A stretch of 64,000 bases of DNA. Origin: an uncultured virus (IMG/VR IMGVR_UViG_3300010345_000156) (lineage: Duplodnaviria; Heunggongvirae; Uroviricota; Caudoviricetes). The notes beneath the pieces were generated by a model. That model saw only the letters and a program-made list of their open reading frames with translations, made no database searches and was not told where the DNA came from. Positions 38,710 to 49,046 of the stretch are shown one piece after another (the first letter of the stretch is position 1; the number at the start of each line of letters is the position of its first letter). Both the position numbers and the translations under genes were made by a program. Location: the IMG/VR virus record IMGVR_UViG_3300010345_000156; one strand, given 5' to 3'.

Positions 38710-40311
38710 ATGTTTTTAGGAAATCCTAGTCTTAGAGGTGAGGGTGAGAAAGTTGCAATGACTGAACATGAAATTGAAGAGTATATAAAATGCAAAAATG
38801 ATATTATATATTTTGCGGAACATTATTTTTATATACAAACTATTGACGAAGGTAGAAAAATAATACAATTGTGGGACTTCCAAAAAAAGTTATTAAAAGC
38901 ATTTCAAACTCCTGGTAACAATAAAAGACATGTTTGTTTGTTATCCGCCCGCCAAATGTCAAAGAGTACTACAGCTTCGATATATTTTTGTTGGAAATTA
39001 TTATTTGATAAAGATAGTACTTTTGCAATCCTAGCAAATAAAGAAGCGACCGCCCAAGAAATTCTTTCCAGAATACAAATGGCATATGAAAATTTTCCAC
39101 TATGGTTACAAAAAGGTGTTAAGGAATGGAATAAAAAAAGTTTAACATTAGAAAATAATGTAAAAATTATTGCAGGATCTACTAGTAGTAATAGTATCAG
39201 AGGTTTCTCAATTTCAGAATTACTTCTAGATGAGGCAGCCTTTATACAAAATGGTTTGTTCGAAACTTTCTGGAATTCAATTTTGCCTACTATTTCTTCA
39301 GGAAAAAAAAGTAAGATAATTATAGTATCAACACCAAATGGTCTTAATCATTTTTATAACATTTATAAAGATGCTGTAGAAGGTAGAAATGATTTTTATC
39401 CAATTAAAATAACATGGAAATCCAGACCTGATAGAGATGAAGCTTGGGCTGAAAGAACTAGAATGAATATGTCTGAAAAGAATTGGCGACAGGAATTTGG
39501 ATGTATTTTTGCTGGTAGTAGTAATACATTAGTTGATGGTGATGTTTTAGAAAATATTATTACAAAACCACCAATTGATTATAAATATGGAACATCTTTT
39601 ACAATTTATGAAAAACCAAAAGATGGATGTCAATATATAGTTTCTGTAGATCCGGCCAAAGGCACATCTGATGATTATTCTACAATTCAAGTTTTAAGAA
39701 TAGATCATCTTCATTCTTTAGAACAAGTTGCTATATATAGAAATAATACAATTAGTCCAGATAATTTTTGTCAGATTATTATAGGGGTTTCAGATTATTA
39801 TAATAAATCTTATATTATGATAGAAAATAATGATATAGGATCTTTAGTATGTGATAAGGTTTTTTATGAATATGAGTGCGATAGATTATTAAATTGTGAT
39901 GTCAAAGGATTGGGGATAAGAGCAACAAAAAAAACGAAACTAGAAGGAAATATGTTATTAAAAGAATATATCGAAAATGGTTGGTTAAAGATAAATGATT
40001 ATGATACTATAAAAGAATTAGGACGATATACAGAAATAAGCCCTAATGTTTTTCATGCAGCAGGACAAAATGAAAATGATGATACTGTTACGGCACTTGT
40101 TTGGGGTTTGTATTATTTAAAAACACCATTTTATGATACTATAGAAAATGGAAGAAGTGATGTAAAAAGCGTAGATAAAAAGTATCAATTAGATGAAGAG
40201 AAGCCTATATTTTTTTCCTCAAATGATTTCTCATACAATCCGGAATACAATCCTGGATATTCTCAGCAAAATTACAATAATTTTTCTAATGATTTTGACA
40301 ATTTTTTCTAA
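38710..40311 (+). CDS. gp17: terminase large subunit gp17
   Basis: ARQMSKST, ILANK, LLDEAAF, IVSTPNG, VSVDPAKG, DDTV; AAGGAG SD before ATG 38710. Confidence 0.95.
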   Translation: MFLGNPSLRGEGEKVAMTEHEIEEYIKCKNDIIYFAEHYFYIQTIDEGRKIIQLWDFQKKLLKAFQTPGNNKRHVCLLSARQMSKSTTASIYFCWKLLFDKDSTFAILANKEATAQEILSRIQMAYENFPLWLQKGVKEWNKKSLTLENNVKIIAGSTSSNSIRGFSISELLLDEAAFIQNGLFETFWNSILPTISSGKKSKIIIVSTPNGLNHFYNIYKDAVEGRNDFYPIKITWKSRPDRDEAWAERTRMNMSEKNWRQEFGCIFAGSSNTLVDGDVLENIITKPPIDYKYGTSFTIYEKPKDGCQYIVSVDPAKGTSDDYSTIQVLRIDHLHSLEQVAIYRNNTISPDNFCQIIIGVSDYYNKSYIMIENNDIGSLVCDKVFYEYECDRLLNCDVKGLGIRATKKTKLEGNMLLKEYIENGWLKINDYDTIKELGRYTEISPNVFHAAGQNENDDTVTALVWGLYYLKTPFYDTIENGRSDVKSVDKKYQLDEEKPIFFSSNDFSYNPEYNPGYSQQNYNNFSNDFDNFF

Positions 40312-40391
40312 AGTCTATCTAAAACTATTCTAGATAAATATTAGGAAAATAGTTTTAGATAAATAATTTTAAATAAGATTTAGGAGAAAAA

Positions 40392-42158
40392 ATGGTAAAC
40401 ATGTCTTATCCTGGAGTATACCGACAAGAGATTGACATATCGAATGCTGTGGTGAATGATAACACTTCGGTAGCTGCGGTAATGGGTCGAGCTTTGAAGG
40501 GTATTCCTAATTCAAAAATTTTGGTAAACAATGAAGCGGGATTAATCAACACATTTGGTTTTCCTATTGTTTCGGGATCATTTCCTTTAGTTTCTGCGAT
40601 AGATTATGGAATTTATGCTGGTATAGAGGCTTTGAGAGAGACTTCGAATTTATATTATGTAAGATTGACTGATGGAACTGAAAAGTATTCCAACACTACA
40701 ATTTCTACAAGTGTATCTTCAACAGATTCTGGATCAGTTTCTGTAATGTCTGCTGCACCTTCTACATCATATCCTCAATTAGTTGGATATACTGAAGGGA
40801 ATACTGTAACAGATAATTACGATTTAAGAACATTTAATGGAACGCCTTCTGGATTAAGATTTTCTGCAAAGGGTCCAGGAATTTATGGTAATAATCTTGC
40901 TGTTGCAGTTTATACCAATTTAGTTTCTGCCACTTCTTTATCTGCAAAATTTGATTGGGGAGAATTTTATGATGATGTTGGAGTATCTGCGAACAAGAGA
41001 TCTGACAAAATCTTTAAGGTAGAAGTTTTTACAAAGGTTGATAATCAGGTTTTTGATAGTACTTGGTGGGCTTCTGTTTCTGCGGCACCTATAGAAGTAT
41101 TTTATTGTTCTACAGATTTTACTATGTTAGATAATCAGGGAAATAGTTTATATGTAGAGGATGTTGTAAATGGTTCTTCGGAATATGTTTATGTCACTTC
41201 TAATAAGACTGATGGAAGTTTACCAGCATTTACCACATCTGGAATAGGATTTAGTGGTGGTGCTAATGCTAGTTCTTTAAGTGCTTTGAATGCTAGTACT
41301 ATTTGGAGCATTTTTGAAAATAAGGAAACTTCTCCATTATCAGTTGCTATAGTTATTCCAAGAACTATGAATTCGTATTCTGATCCTACTGAAGTTGCTG
41401 TTGTAGATTCATTAGTTGGAAGACGTTTAGATTTTACTGGATATGTTCAAGCGAGTAATTTGACAGCAGTTACTTTTGATAGTATTAAGAATAATGCTTC
41501 ATTAGTATCGATAGCTTCAAATCCTTCTTACTTTGGAAAATATGTTGGATGGAATTTAGTATTGGATAGATATAATTCTTCAAGAGTTTATTTACCAAAT
41601 AATATCTACGCTGGTGCTATTTCATTAAGAACTGATAGAGTATCAAATCCTTGGGAAGCTCCTGCTGGCATTGAAAGAGGTATTTTACCAAGTGGTGTTC
41701 AGAATGTTAATTTGACTCATACAGTTGCTGGTCCATTATACGAAAGATATAATTTAAATACTGTAAAATTCTTAAATGGTGTTGGTAATGTTATGTGGGG
41801 ACAAAAGACTGCACAACTTAAGAAGACTGCTAGAGATAGATTAAATGTTAGAAAGATGTTAATATATGTAGAGAACAATTCAGAAGCTATTTTAAACAAT
41901 TTCTTATTCCAAGGAAACACTGTAAAGGCTAGAGAAAGAGTTTCATCATTATTGAATGCTTTTATGCAAACTGTTCAATCTGGTGGTGGTGTTCAAAGTT
42001 ATAGGGTTGTTTGTGATTCTTCTAATAATACTTCTGCTACAATTGCTCAGAATATTTTAAATGTAGATATTCACGTTCAGCCTACTTATACAATTGAATT
42101 TATCAAGTTAAGTGTTATAATTTCTGCTGATTCTGTAAATGTAAACGAGGGAGCTTAA
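40392..42158 (+). CDS. gp18: tail sheath protein gp18
   Basis: YPGVYRQEID, PWEAPAGIERG, WGQKT, RLNVRKM, EFI. Confidence 0.95.
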   Translation: MVNMSYPGVYRQEIDISNAVVNDNTSVAAVMGRALKGIPNSKILVNNEAGLINTFGFPIVSGSFPLVSAIDYGIYAGIEALRETSNLYYVRLTDGTEKYSNTTISTSVSSTDSGSVSVMSAAPSTSYPQLVGYTEGNTVTDNYDLRTFNGTPSGLRFSAKGPGIYGNNLAVAVYTNLVSATSLSAKFDWGEFYDDVGVSANKRSDKIFKVEVFTKVDNQVFDSTWWASVSAAPIEVFYCSTDFTMLDNQGNSLYVEDVVNGSSEYVYVTSNKTDGSLPAFTTSGIGFSGGANASSLSALNASTIWSIFENKETSPLSVAIVIPRTMNSYSDPTEVAVVDSLVGRRLDFTGYVQASNLTAVTFDSIKNNASLVSIASNPSYFGKYVGWNLVLDRYNSSRVYLPNNIYAGAISLRTDRVSNPWEAPAGIERGILPSGVQNVNLTHTVAGPLYERYNLNTVKFLNGVGNVMWGQKTAQLKKTARDRLNVRKMLIYVENNSEAILNNFLFQGNTVKARERVSSLLNAFMQTVQSGGGVQSYRVVCDSSNNTSATIAQNILNVDIHVQPTYTIEFIKLSVIISADSVNVNEGA

Positions 42159-42160
42159 TC

Positions 42161-42793
42161 ATGGCTGGTATGTATATTGAAGGAAGAAAGATAAGAAATT
42201 TTGCGGATGTTCAGCATAATTATTTGTATGAAATTACTTTTAAGAATGCTGGTGCTTTAATTGGTTGGGGTGAAGAAGATGTTACTTTAAGAGCAAGATC
42301 TTTTACAATCCCTTCTAGAGGAAATGAAGTCATAGAATCTAATTTTGGAGCTATGAAACAATATTTTCCTGGAAAGCCCGTATTTACTGGAACTACAGAT
42401 GTAACATTTGAGGAAACCCAATCTCAAGGTGTTGCTAGATTTATTCATGCATGGCAACAGAAGATTTTCAATTTATATGATGGTCATGCAAATTATTCTA
42501 GAAAACGCGGAAATGCTGGCGGGAACATTGCTACTGATGGTATTTGTGATTTAGTTGTTATCAAAGCTTTTAGAGTTGATAATACTGAAGAAGAGAATAA
42601 ATATTATTTCGTAAATGCTTGGTTACAAAATGTTAATGAAGTAAATGTAGATTATTCTCAAGCATCAGATGGTGTTAAGTTTACAATCACTTTACAATAT
42701 GATTTTTGGACTTATGGAAAAGAAGATCCTAAGTTTAATGATCAAGGTGGTTCTAATCAAGTTCCTGGAACAAATCCTGGAGTAAAAGAATAA
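42161..42793 (+). CDS. gp19: tail tube protein gp19
   Basis: Follows sheath; IPSR, FPGK, FTITLQYDFW. Confidence 0.85.
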   Translation: MAGMYIEGRKIRNFADVQHNYLYEITFKNAGALIGWGEEDVTLRARSFTIPSRGNEVIESNFGAMKQYFPGKPVFTGTTDVTFEETQSQGVARFIHAWQQKIFNLYDGHANYSRKRGNAGGNIATDGICDLVVIKAFRVDNTEEENKYYFVNAWLQNVNEVNVDYSQASDGVKFTITLQYDFWTYGKEDPKFNDQGGSNQVPGTNPGVKE

Positions 42794-42811
42794 ATTCAAT
42801 AAGGGTGTTTA

Positions 42812-43432
42812 ATGAATCTCTTTAATGAAAATCGTTCACAAGGACCAGTTACAAATGCGACTCGGTCCTTTTTTACGAGAAAGACTATCCAAAGATCTTA
42901 TAATTTTTTAGTTAGATTTGATTTAAGTAATAGTTTACAAGGATCTAATTTATCAGAGTATCATGCAGTTTCTGTAGAGCTTCCTAATTATGAATTTAAA
43001 AAGGAAGAATATAGGATTGGATCTTTTATAAAATCTTTTCCTGTATTAGATCATAATGGATTTGAGTTTACTATGAAATTTGAAGAAGATGATATTGGTA
43101 CTATTTCAAATTTAATAGACAATTTAACAAGACTTATTATAAAACCAAATGGATATTATAATTCTATTGCAGAATCTGTTATAGATAATATTATAGTTTC
43201 TGTTCATAGAAGTGATGGTGTGAATGTTTGCACTTATGTTTTCAATAATTGTTTTTATTTGAAATCATCGACACCGACTTATTCTTACGATACTAATGAA
43301 AAAATTGTTTATGATATTACTTTTAATGCTGATCATTTTGTAAAACATTATGGTAAAGCTCATTGGGATCCTAATTATGATTCTCCAGAACAGGAAGGAA
43401 TCGATACAAGACCGCCAGAATATCCAGAATAA
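42812..43432 (+). CDS. tube-fold protein (gp19/gp54-like)
   Basis: SVELPNY...Y.F..C.....Y.Y....YDITF pattern. Confidence 0.6.
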   Translation: MNLFNENRSQGPVTNATRSFFTRKTIQRSYNFLVRFDLSNSLQGSNLSEYHAVSVELPNYEFKKEEYRIGSFIKSFPVLDHNGFEFTMKFEEDDIGTISNLIDNLTRLIIKPNGYYNSIAESVIDNIIVSVHRSDGVNVCTYVFNNCFYLKSSTPTYSYDTNEKIVYDITFNADHFVKHYGKAHWDPNYDSPEQEGIDTRPPEYPE

Positions 43433-43459
43433 ATATAATTAACCTTGAGGTAATTTAAT

Positions 43460-44266
43460 ATGGCTAGACCTAGAATGATTGATATTGATGAAACTATTGA
43501 AACTCCTATACAAAAACAAGTTCAAAAGTTAGAAGGAAATTTTCATGAAATAACTGATCTTCCTTCTAGATTTCTTTTATATCCAGAAGGAACTAAGATT
43601 TTTGGAAGACCTATGAAAGTTTCTGAGATAAAGAAATTGACAACTATGAATGAAGTTAATTACAATTCTATTATAAAGAGTGTTTTAGAGAATTGTATAA
43701 AAGGAATTGAAATAGATGAATTATATGTTGCTGATAAACTTTATTTAATTTTTTGGTTAAGAGCTAATACATATACAGATGCGAATTTCGTGACATCTTA
43801 TATTTGTCAACATTGTGGTAGAAAGACTGAATATAGATTTAATATAGATGATTTTGAAACTACATATTTAGAAGATGGGTTTGAATTAAAAGAGTTGAAA
43901 TTATTAAATCGAGATACTGTTTTAACATTTGATTTTCCTAAAATTAAAGATGAAGAAAAGATTCAAAGATTTATAGATTCTATGAAAAATTATGTTGTAA
44001 AATTTGATGATGATACTGTAACTATTGCTGGAATGATTAAAACAATTGATGGGAAAGAAGTTACGATAAAACAAGCATGTGAATTTATTTCCTCTTTAGA
44101 AGATGATCCACAGAACTATGCTAGAATTAATTCATATGTTTTAGGAATGGATTTTGGAATTGTTCCGGAATTAAATGCTACTTGTGGTTATTCAGATTGT
44201 AAGGAGGTCAGCAAGGTACCCGCCAGCTTTCAACCCGATTTCTTTATTCCCAGATATAAGTCTTGA
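43460..44266 (+). CDS. gp26: baseplate hub assembly protein gp26-like
   Basis: LPS..YP, RPMKV, D.LYLIFWLRA, CQHC, C-terminal C...C..PDFF. Confidence 0.78.
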   Translation: MARPRMIDIDETIETPIQKQVQKLEGNFHEITDLPSRFLLYPEGTKIFGRPMKVSEIKKLTTMNEVNYNSIIKSVLENCIKGIEIDELYVADKLYLIFWLRANTYTDANFVTSYICQHCGRKTEYRFNIDDFETTYLEDGFELKELKLLNRDTVLTFDFPKIKDEEKIQRFIDSMKNYVVKFDDDTVTIAGMIKTIDGKEVTIKQACEFISSLEDDPQNYARINSYVLGMDFGIVPELNATCGYSDCKEVSKVPASFQPDFFIPRYKS

Positions 44267-44429
44267 TGAAATTTTAGAAATAGAATTTACTTTAGGAATG
44301 AATTTAAACATACCATATTTTGATAATATAGATTGGTATGAAATGGAATGGAAATATAATAGATTTTTGAAATTTTTAGAATCAAAAACTCAAAAACAAA
44401 CTAATATAGCAGATGGAACTAGGTTTTAA
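44175..44429 (+). CDS. gp51-like assembly chaperone segment; start uncertain, possibly reached by frameshift from gp26
   Basis: LDEILEIEF.L.....YE..W...F pattern; overlaps gp26 end in the +1 frame. Confidence 0.5.
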   Translation: MLLVVIQIVRRSARYPPAFNPISLFPDISLDEILEIEFTLGMNLNIPYFDNIDWYEMEWKYNRFLKFLESKTQKQTNIADGTRF

Positions 44430-44441
44430 ATAAATATCATT

Positions 44442-45878
44442 ATGGCTACTAATCCTAATGATATTGCTAAAGTTTTAAATGAAATGATGTCAACTCTACA
44501 AGACTTATCCAAAAAGGAATTAGAGTCTGTAGAGGGTATTATTCAAGAAAAGAAAAAGATTTTAGAGAATGAAAAAAAGATAAAGGATGCTCAAAAAGAA
44601 TTAAAGAGAATTAAAAAAGAGACTGAGAAAACTGAAAATCTTATAGAGAAAGAAAAACGAAAGACTTTAATTAATAAGAAACTTTTATTATCTTCTTTGA
44701 TAGATTCTGGTAAAAAGATTTCTAAAGTTTCAATTTCTCCAAAAGATTTAATAACAAAAATTGCAGTAAAGACTTTAGAAAGAAAAAATATATCTTCTAC
44801 AGGAACTTTAAAAAAACAATCACTTTTAGATTATCAAAGAAAGTCTGAAGGTGATGATATACAGACTGAACAATTAAAAGTATTAAAAGAAATTGATAAA
44901 AAGATTTCTGATCTTTCTATGGTAGGTTCCGGAGGACTTTTTGATTTCTTGACAAATGGTTTAGGAGAGTATGTTTCCAAAACAATTTCTAATGCCCTTG
45001 GAATAGGTTCTGGGGCCGCTGGAGGACTTTTGGGAGGTGTTGGTGGGAAAGTGCTCAAGAAGATTCCAAAGGCTCTAGGAAAGGCTGGAAAGGTTCTTAA
45101 ATTCGCAAAGAATCCTGTTGTTGCTGGTGCTGCTTTAACTGGTGTTGCTGGTTTAGGTGCTTATAAATTATTAAACGAAGAACCTGAAGAAATTGAACCA
45201 AGACAATTTGGAGGAAATGTTAGAACTGGAAAAACATATCTTGTTGGTGAAGATGGACCAGAAGTTTTTACTCCGAAAGATAATGGTATGATAATTCCAA
45301 ATCATAAGTTAAAAAATCCTGATATTAAGAAGAATTTAGGAATCAGTGATAATTTAATTTCTATTTTACAAGATTTTAGAAAAGGTTTTCAGAAAAATTT
45401 AACAAGTCTTATATCTAAATTTAATACTACATTTAAGGATTTTGGTTCTAATATTAGTGATAAACTTTCAAACATATATAATGGAATAAAAAATTGGGTA
45501 TTAGAATATTCAGGAAAAGCTAAAGATCTTATATTAGGTGTAAAAAATAATATAGGGAAAATTGTATCTAATCAACTTGAAAATATCAAAACGTTAGTAA
45601 AACCTCAAGTTAATAATAAAGTTTCTCCTATTAAAATTACTACCAGTCCTTTTGATATTGCAAGTAAATATAAAGCTCCTGAAGTAAATGTTCCAAAATC
45701 TGATATTATTATAGAAAATGAATTTAATATTAAACAAGTTTCTAATGATGTTCCTAAGAATGAATTAGATAAAAAATTTTGGACAGATATATTTGTTCCT
45801 GCTTTTGCGAATTCATTAAAAGTTAGAAAAGATTCTATCAAAACTAAGACTGCAAATCTTTCGGATGTGTTTGGATAA
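44442..45878 (+). CDS. tape-measure-like protein 1
   Basis: Coiled coil, G/A-rich hydrophobic stretch, RQFGGNV..GKTYLVGEDGPEVFTP motif. Confidence 0.65.
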   Translation: MATNPNDIAKVLNEMMSTLQDLSKKELESVEGIIQEKKKILENEKKIKDAQKELKRIKKETEKTENLIEKEKRKTLINKKLLLSSLIDSGKKISKVSISPKDLITKIAVKTLERKNISSTGTLKKQSLLDYQRKSEGDDIQTEQLKVLKEIDKKISDLSMVGSGGLFDFLTNGLGEYVSKTISNALGIGSGAAGGLLGGVGGKVLKKIPKALGKAGKVLKFAKNPVVAGAALTGVAGLGAYKLLNEEPEEIEPRQFGGNVRTGKTYLVGEDGPEVFTPKDNGMIIPNHKLKNPDIKKNLGISDNLISILQDFRKGFQKNLTSLISKFNTTFKDFGSNISDKLSNIYNGIKNWVLEYSGKAKDLILGVKNNIGKIVSNQLENIKTLVKPQVNNKVSPIKITTSPFDIASKYKAPEVNVPKSDIIIENEFNIKQVSNDVPKNELDKKFWTDIFVPAFANSLKVRKDSIKTKTANLSDVFG

Positions 45879-47932
45879 TGAATATTAATAAAAGTTCTAT
45901 AGATAATCTTGTAAGAAATAATAAAAAGATTTCTGATATTCTTTCTAAAATAAATGAAATGAAAGAAGAAGAGTTAAGTTCTATTTTAGACGAAATTTCT
46001 AAGATTAAATTAGAGCAGAGAAAAGATAAAAAAGAAATTATAGATTTAGATTTGATAGACAAGAAGATTACCAATTCTATATTAAATGTTTCTAGATTAG
46101 TTTCTAAAAATGTTTCTTCTGTTAAATCAAAAGATATTATAAAAAATATTGTTAAACCAATTCAAACTAAGAAACAATCTGAAGAAAATTTTCAAAGAGA
46201 TGATTCTGTAGATGATGTTCAAGAAGAGAAATTAAAGACATTAAAAAGTATTCGAGATAAATTAAATTTTAATAAAGTTATACCGAGAACTGTTAAACCA
46301 ATAGATAGTGATAAATCAGGAATATTAAATGGAATTCTTGGTGGAGCTTTAGGGAGTGTTTTAGGTCGTGGTAAAATATTAGGTAAAGGTGCTATTAAAG
46401 GTATTGGTAGCGTTTTGTCTAAAGGAAAGAATTTAGTTAAAAAAGTTGGTGTAGGAAGACTTTTAAAAGTTGGTATAGTTTTAAAATCTGGATATGATTT
46501 AATTAATGGAATAAAATCTGGAATAGCTGATTATAAAAAATTCAAAGCTGCTGGTGATAATGTAAGTGCTAATAATGTGATTTTCAAAACGGTTTTAGGA
46601 TCTACTGGAAATTTAATGAATATTGCTGGTGCTATTATTCCAGGTCCGATTGGATGGTTGTTGATGGCTGGAGGAATGTTTTTAGATTATACTGCAAATA
46701 ATTTCGATTCTATAATGTCTGATAAATCTAATACAATAATTCAAACTCAACAAAAAGCAGCGAGAGTTCAAGATTTAATTGATCAAGGTGAGAAGAATCA
46801 ACTTTTATTATTAAGACCAAATATTAAAAATGGTAATTGGGAATTTAAAAATTATTCTACAGATGAATGGGAAGTTTTAAAAGACTCTTCTGGAAAATCT
46901 TTATCGTTTTATTCTGGAAAAAATAGAATAGAACAAATTCAAAAAAGTTCAGATGGTGTTCAAAGATATAAATTAAAATCCGGAAACAAATCTGAAGAAT
47001 TAGTTTTAGAAAATGGAAGACCTAAAATTAAAGACTATCAAGGAAATCTTAAAGAAATTACTCCTAGAAAAGATGGTGGGGCTGTTAAGAAAAATAATAC
47101 ATACTTAGTTGGTGAAAAAGGTGTGGAAGCATATAGAGAAAAATCTGGAAATCAAGAATATGTATTAGAAGAAACTTTTGAAGGAATTAACAAGTCTTTT
47201 AAGAAGATGATTAATAATTTTAATGTTCAAGGTTTAATAGAATTTTTTACGCCACAACAAACAACATTCACAGCAGTATTTCCAAAAAATATTAAAATGA
47301 CTGGTTTAGAAATGATTGATTTTTCTCAGTTAAAAGATAAGTCAGTTAGATTCGAAGCATTTATGAAACAGTTACATAAATTTGAAGGTGGGTATAGTGA
47401 TAGAAAATCTGATAAGGGTGGAAAAACTAAATTTGGAATAACTCAAAGCACTTGGAACGCATTTGGTAAAGATATAAATCCAAAAGTGACTGAAGTAAAA
47501 GATATAACATTAGAAGAAGCTAAAAAGATTTATTTTGAACATTATTATAAAGGCGGTGCTGAAAATATAGAAGATCCGGCGTTAGCATATGTTTATTTTG
47601 ACACTAATGTAATAATGGGTCCAAATGACGCAAGAAGATTTTTAAAAGAATCTGGTGGAGATGTTAATAAATTTTTAGAACTTAGAAGACAAAAACACTT
47701 AAGATCTATTGCTAAAGATGCCACCCAAGCAGAACATAAAGGATGGTTTCCAAGATTAGATGCTATGCAAAATATGTTTCAAAAATCTGTAGAACAAGCT
47801 AGAATAGAATCTGTAAAACAACAATATAAACAAACTAATGAACAAAATGTAGATGTTGTAGATTCAGATTTCTTGCTAAATAATGTTATACCAGCTATGG
47901 CGAATGCTGTTTCGGAAAAATATAACTTGTAG
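45878..47932 (+). CDS. tape-measure-like protein 2 with C-terminal GH108 lysozyme
   Basis: RKDGGAV...YLVGEKG; EGGYSD...DKGGKTKFGIT (GH108 signature). Confidence 0.78.
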   Translation: MNINKSSIDNLVRNNKKISDILSKINEMKEEELSSILDEISKIKLEQRKDKKEIIDLDLIDKKITNSILNVSRLVSKNVSSVKSKDIIKNIVKPIQTKKQSEENFQRDDSVDDVQEEKLKTLKSIRDKLNFNKVIPRTVKPIDSDKSGILNGILGGALGSVLGRGKILGKGAIKGIGSVLSKGKNLVKKVGVGRLLKVGIVLKSGYDLINGIKSGIADYKKFKAAGDNVSANNVIFKTVLGSTGNLMNIAGAIIPGPIGWLLMAGGMFLDYTANNFDSIMSDKSNTIIQTQQKAARVQDLIDQGEKNQLLLLRPNIKNGNWEFKNYSTDEWEVLKDSSGKSLSFYSGKNRIEQIQKSSDGVQRYKLKSGNKSEELVLENGRPKIKDYQGNLKEITPRKDGGAVKKNNTYLVGEKGVEAYREKSGNQEYVLEETFEGINKSFKKMINNFNVQGLIEFFTPQQTTFTAVFPKNIKMTGLEMIDFSQLKDKSVRFEAFMKQLHKFEGGYSDRKSDKGGKTKFGITQSTWNAFGKDINPKVTEVKDITLEEAKKIYFEHYYKGGAENIEDPALAYVYFDTNVIMGPNDARRFLKESGGDVNKFLELRRQKHLRSIAKDATQAEHKGWFPRLDAMQNMFQKSVEQARIESVKQQYKQTNEQNVDVVDSDFLLNNVIPAMANAVSEKYNL

Positions 47933-47942
47933 GAATTAAAAA

Positions 47943-49046
47943 TTGAACAGATCCAAATCATTTTCTATATATAACAGAGCAAAGAATTTTCCAAAAGCTG
48001 CTGATGAATTAAAAGTTCAAATAACATTCACAGATGAAAATGGGATGGAATTGCTTGGATTTAATAATAGTGGAAAAACTTTTGGTACAGTTATAGGATA
48101 TTTAAGTAAAGAGTTTGAATATACTGCTAATGGAAATTATACAAATATATTCAATCCAACTAAACCAGACTCTCTTTTATTAAGAATTTTAGAAGATGAG
48201 TCTCAGAGAAATTTAATGAATTATGGATACCTTACGAAGAAAATGTATGTAAATGGTGATTCTCCTTCTGTAGATATTTCTTTTAGATGTTTTTCTACAG
48301 ATAGTTCTAAAGATGATCCTGATAATAGACAAGCATCTTATAAAGGAATTACAAATCCAGTTTCTGTGGCAAATGCTTTAATAAACGCTACTTTACCAAG
48401 AGTTGGAAATGATGCTTTGTTAAATTTTCCTAGTTTACACGAAGCCGGTAATAATGCTGTAAATGGAGTTGGTAAATTTTTAAAAGATATAATAGAGCCA
48501 TATAAAAATGCTCAAAACGTATCTGATATTCCTGGTGCTACTTTAGATGCTGCTGGAAATGTTGTTGTAAATTCTTATGATTTTTTGAAAGTTTTACGAA
48601 TAGATAACTTAACATCTAAAAAGCCTCCTGTGTGTAATGTAAAGATTGGTAATTTTTTTGAAAAAGATATGATGGTTGTTAAAACAGTTTCTGTAAAATT
48701 TTCTAAAGAATTTTCTGGTGTAGGTGTTCCATTATATGCAGAATTTGATGTTACTTTACAATCTCTTTTCAATTCAGCTTCTTTGGAAAGTGGTTCTCAA
48801 GGAAGAGATGAAAGAGTTTTTGGATCAGGATTAAACTTAACAAATTCTAGTAATAGAGTTTCATTTGATGATAGTAGACCAAAAGAACCAGAGAAGCTTC
48901 AAGCAGAGAATACTCCAGCTTTACCAACGATCCCCGGAATAAAGGCATCGGTAGCCAATTCTGCGCCCTCCGACACAAATAGATCGACAGCAAATATATA
49001 TGGAAGACCTACTGGAACAATTAGAAATTTCAATGGTACATTCTAA
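47943..49046 (+). CDS. putative baseplate tail-tube cap (gp48-like)
   Basis: PPVCNVKIG...VSVKFS...GVPLYAEFDVTL; directly before gp53. Confidence 0.5.
   Translation: MNRSKSFSIYNRAKNFPKAADELKVQITFTDENGMELLGFNNSGKTFGTVIGYLSKEFEYTANGNYTNIFNPTKPDSLLLRILEDESQRNLMNYGYLTKKMYVNGDSPSVDISFRCFSTDSSKDDPDNRQASYKGITNPVSVANALINATLPRVGNDALLNFPSLHEAGNNAVNGVGKFLKDIIEPYKNAQNVSDIPGATLDAAGNVVVNSYDFLKVLRIDNLTSKKPPVCNVKIGNFFEKDMMVVKTVSVKFSKEFSGVGVPLYAEFDVTLQSLFNSASLESGSQGRDERVFGSGLNLTNSSNRVSFDDSRPKEPEKLQAENTPALPTIPGIKASVANSAPSDTNRSTANIYGRPTGTIRNFNGTF

Noticed and set aside
37033..40311. Terminase split by an intron or intein holding the GIY-YIG gene
   Set aside because: The 38710 gene is complete by itself and the upstream ORF duplicates rather than complements it; no intein motifs.
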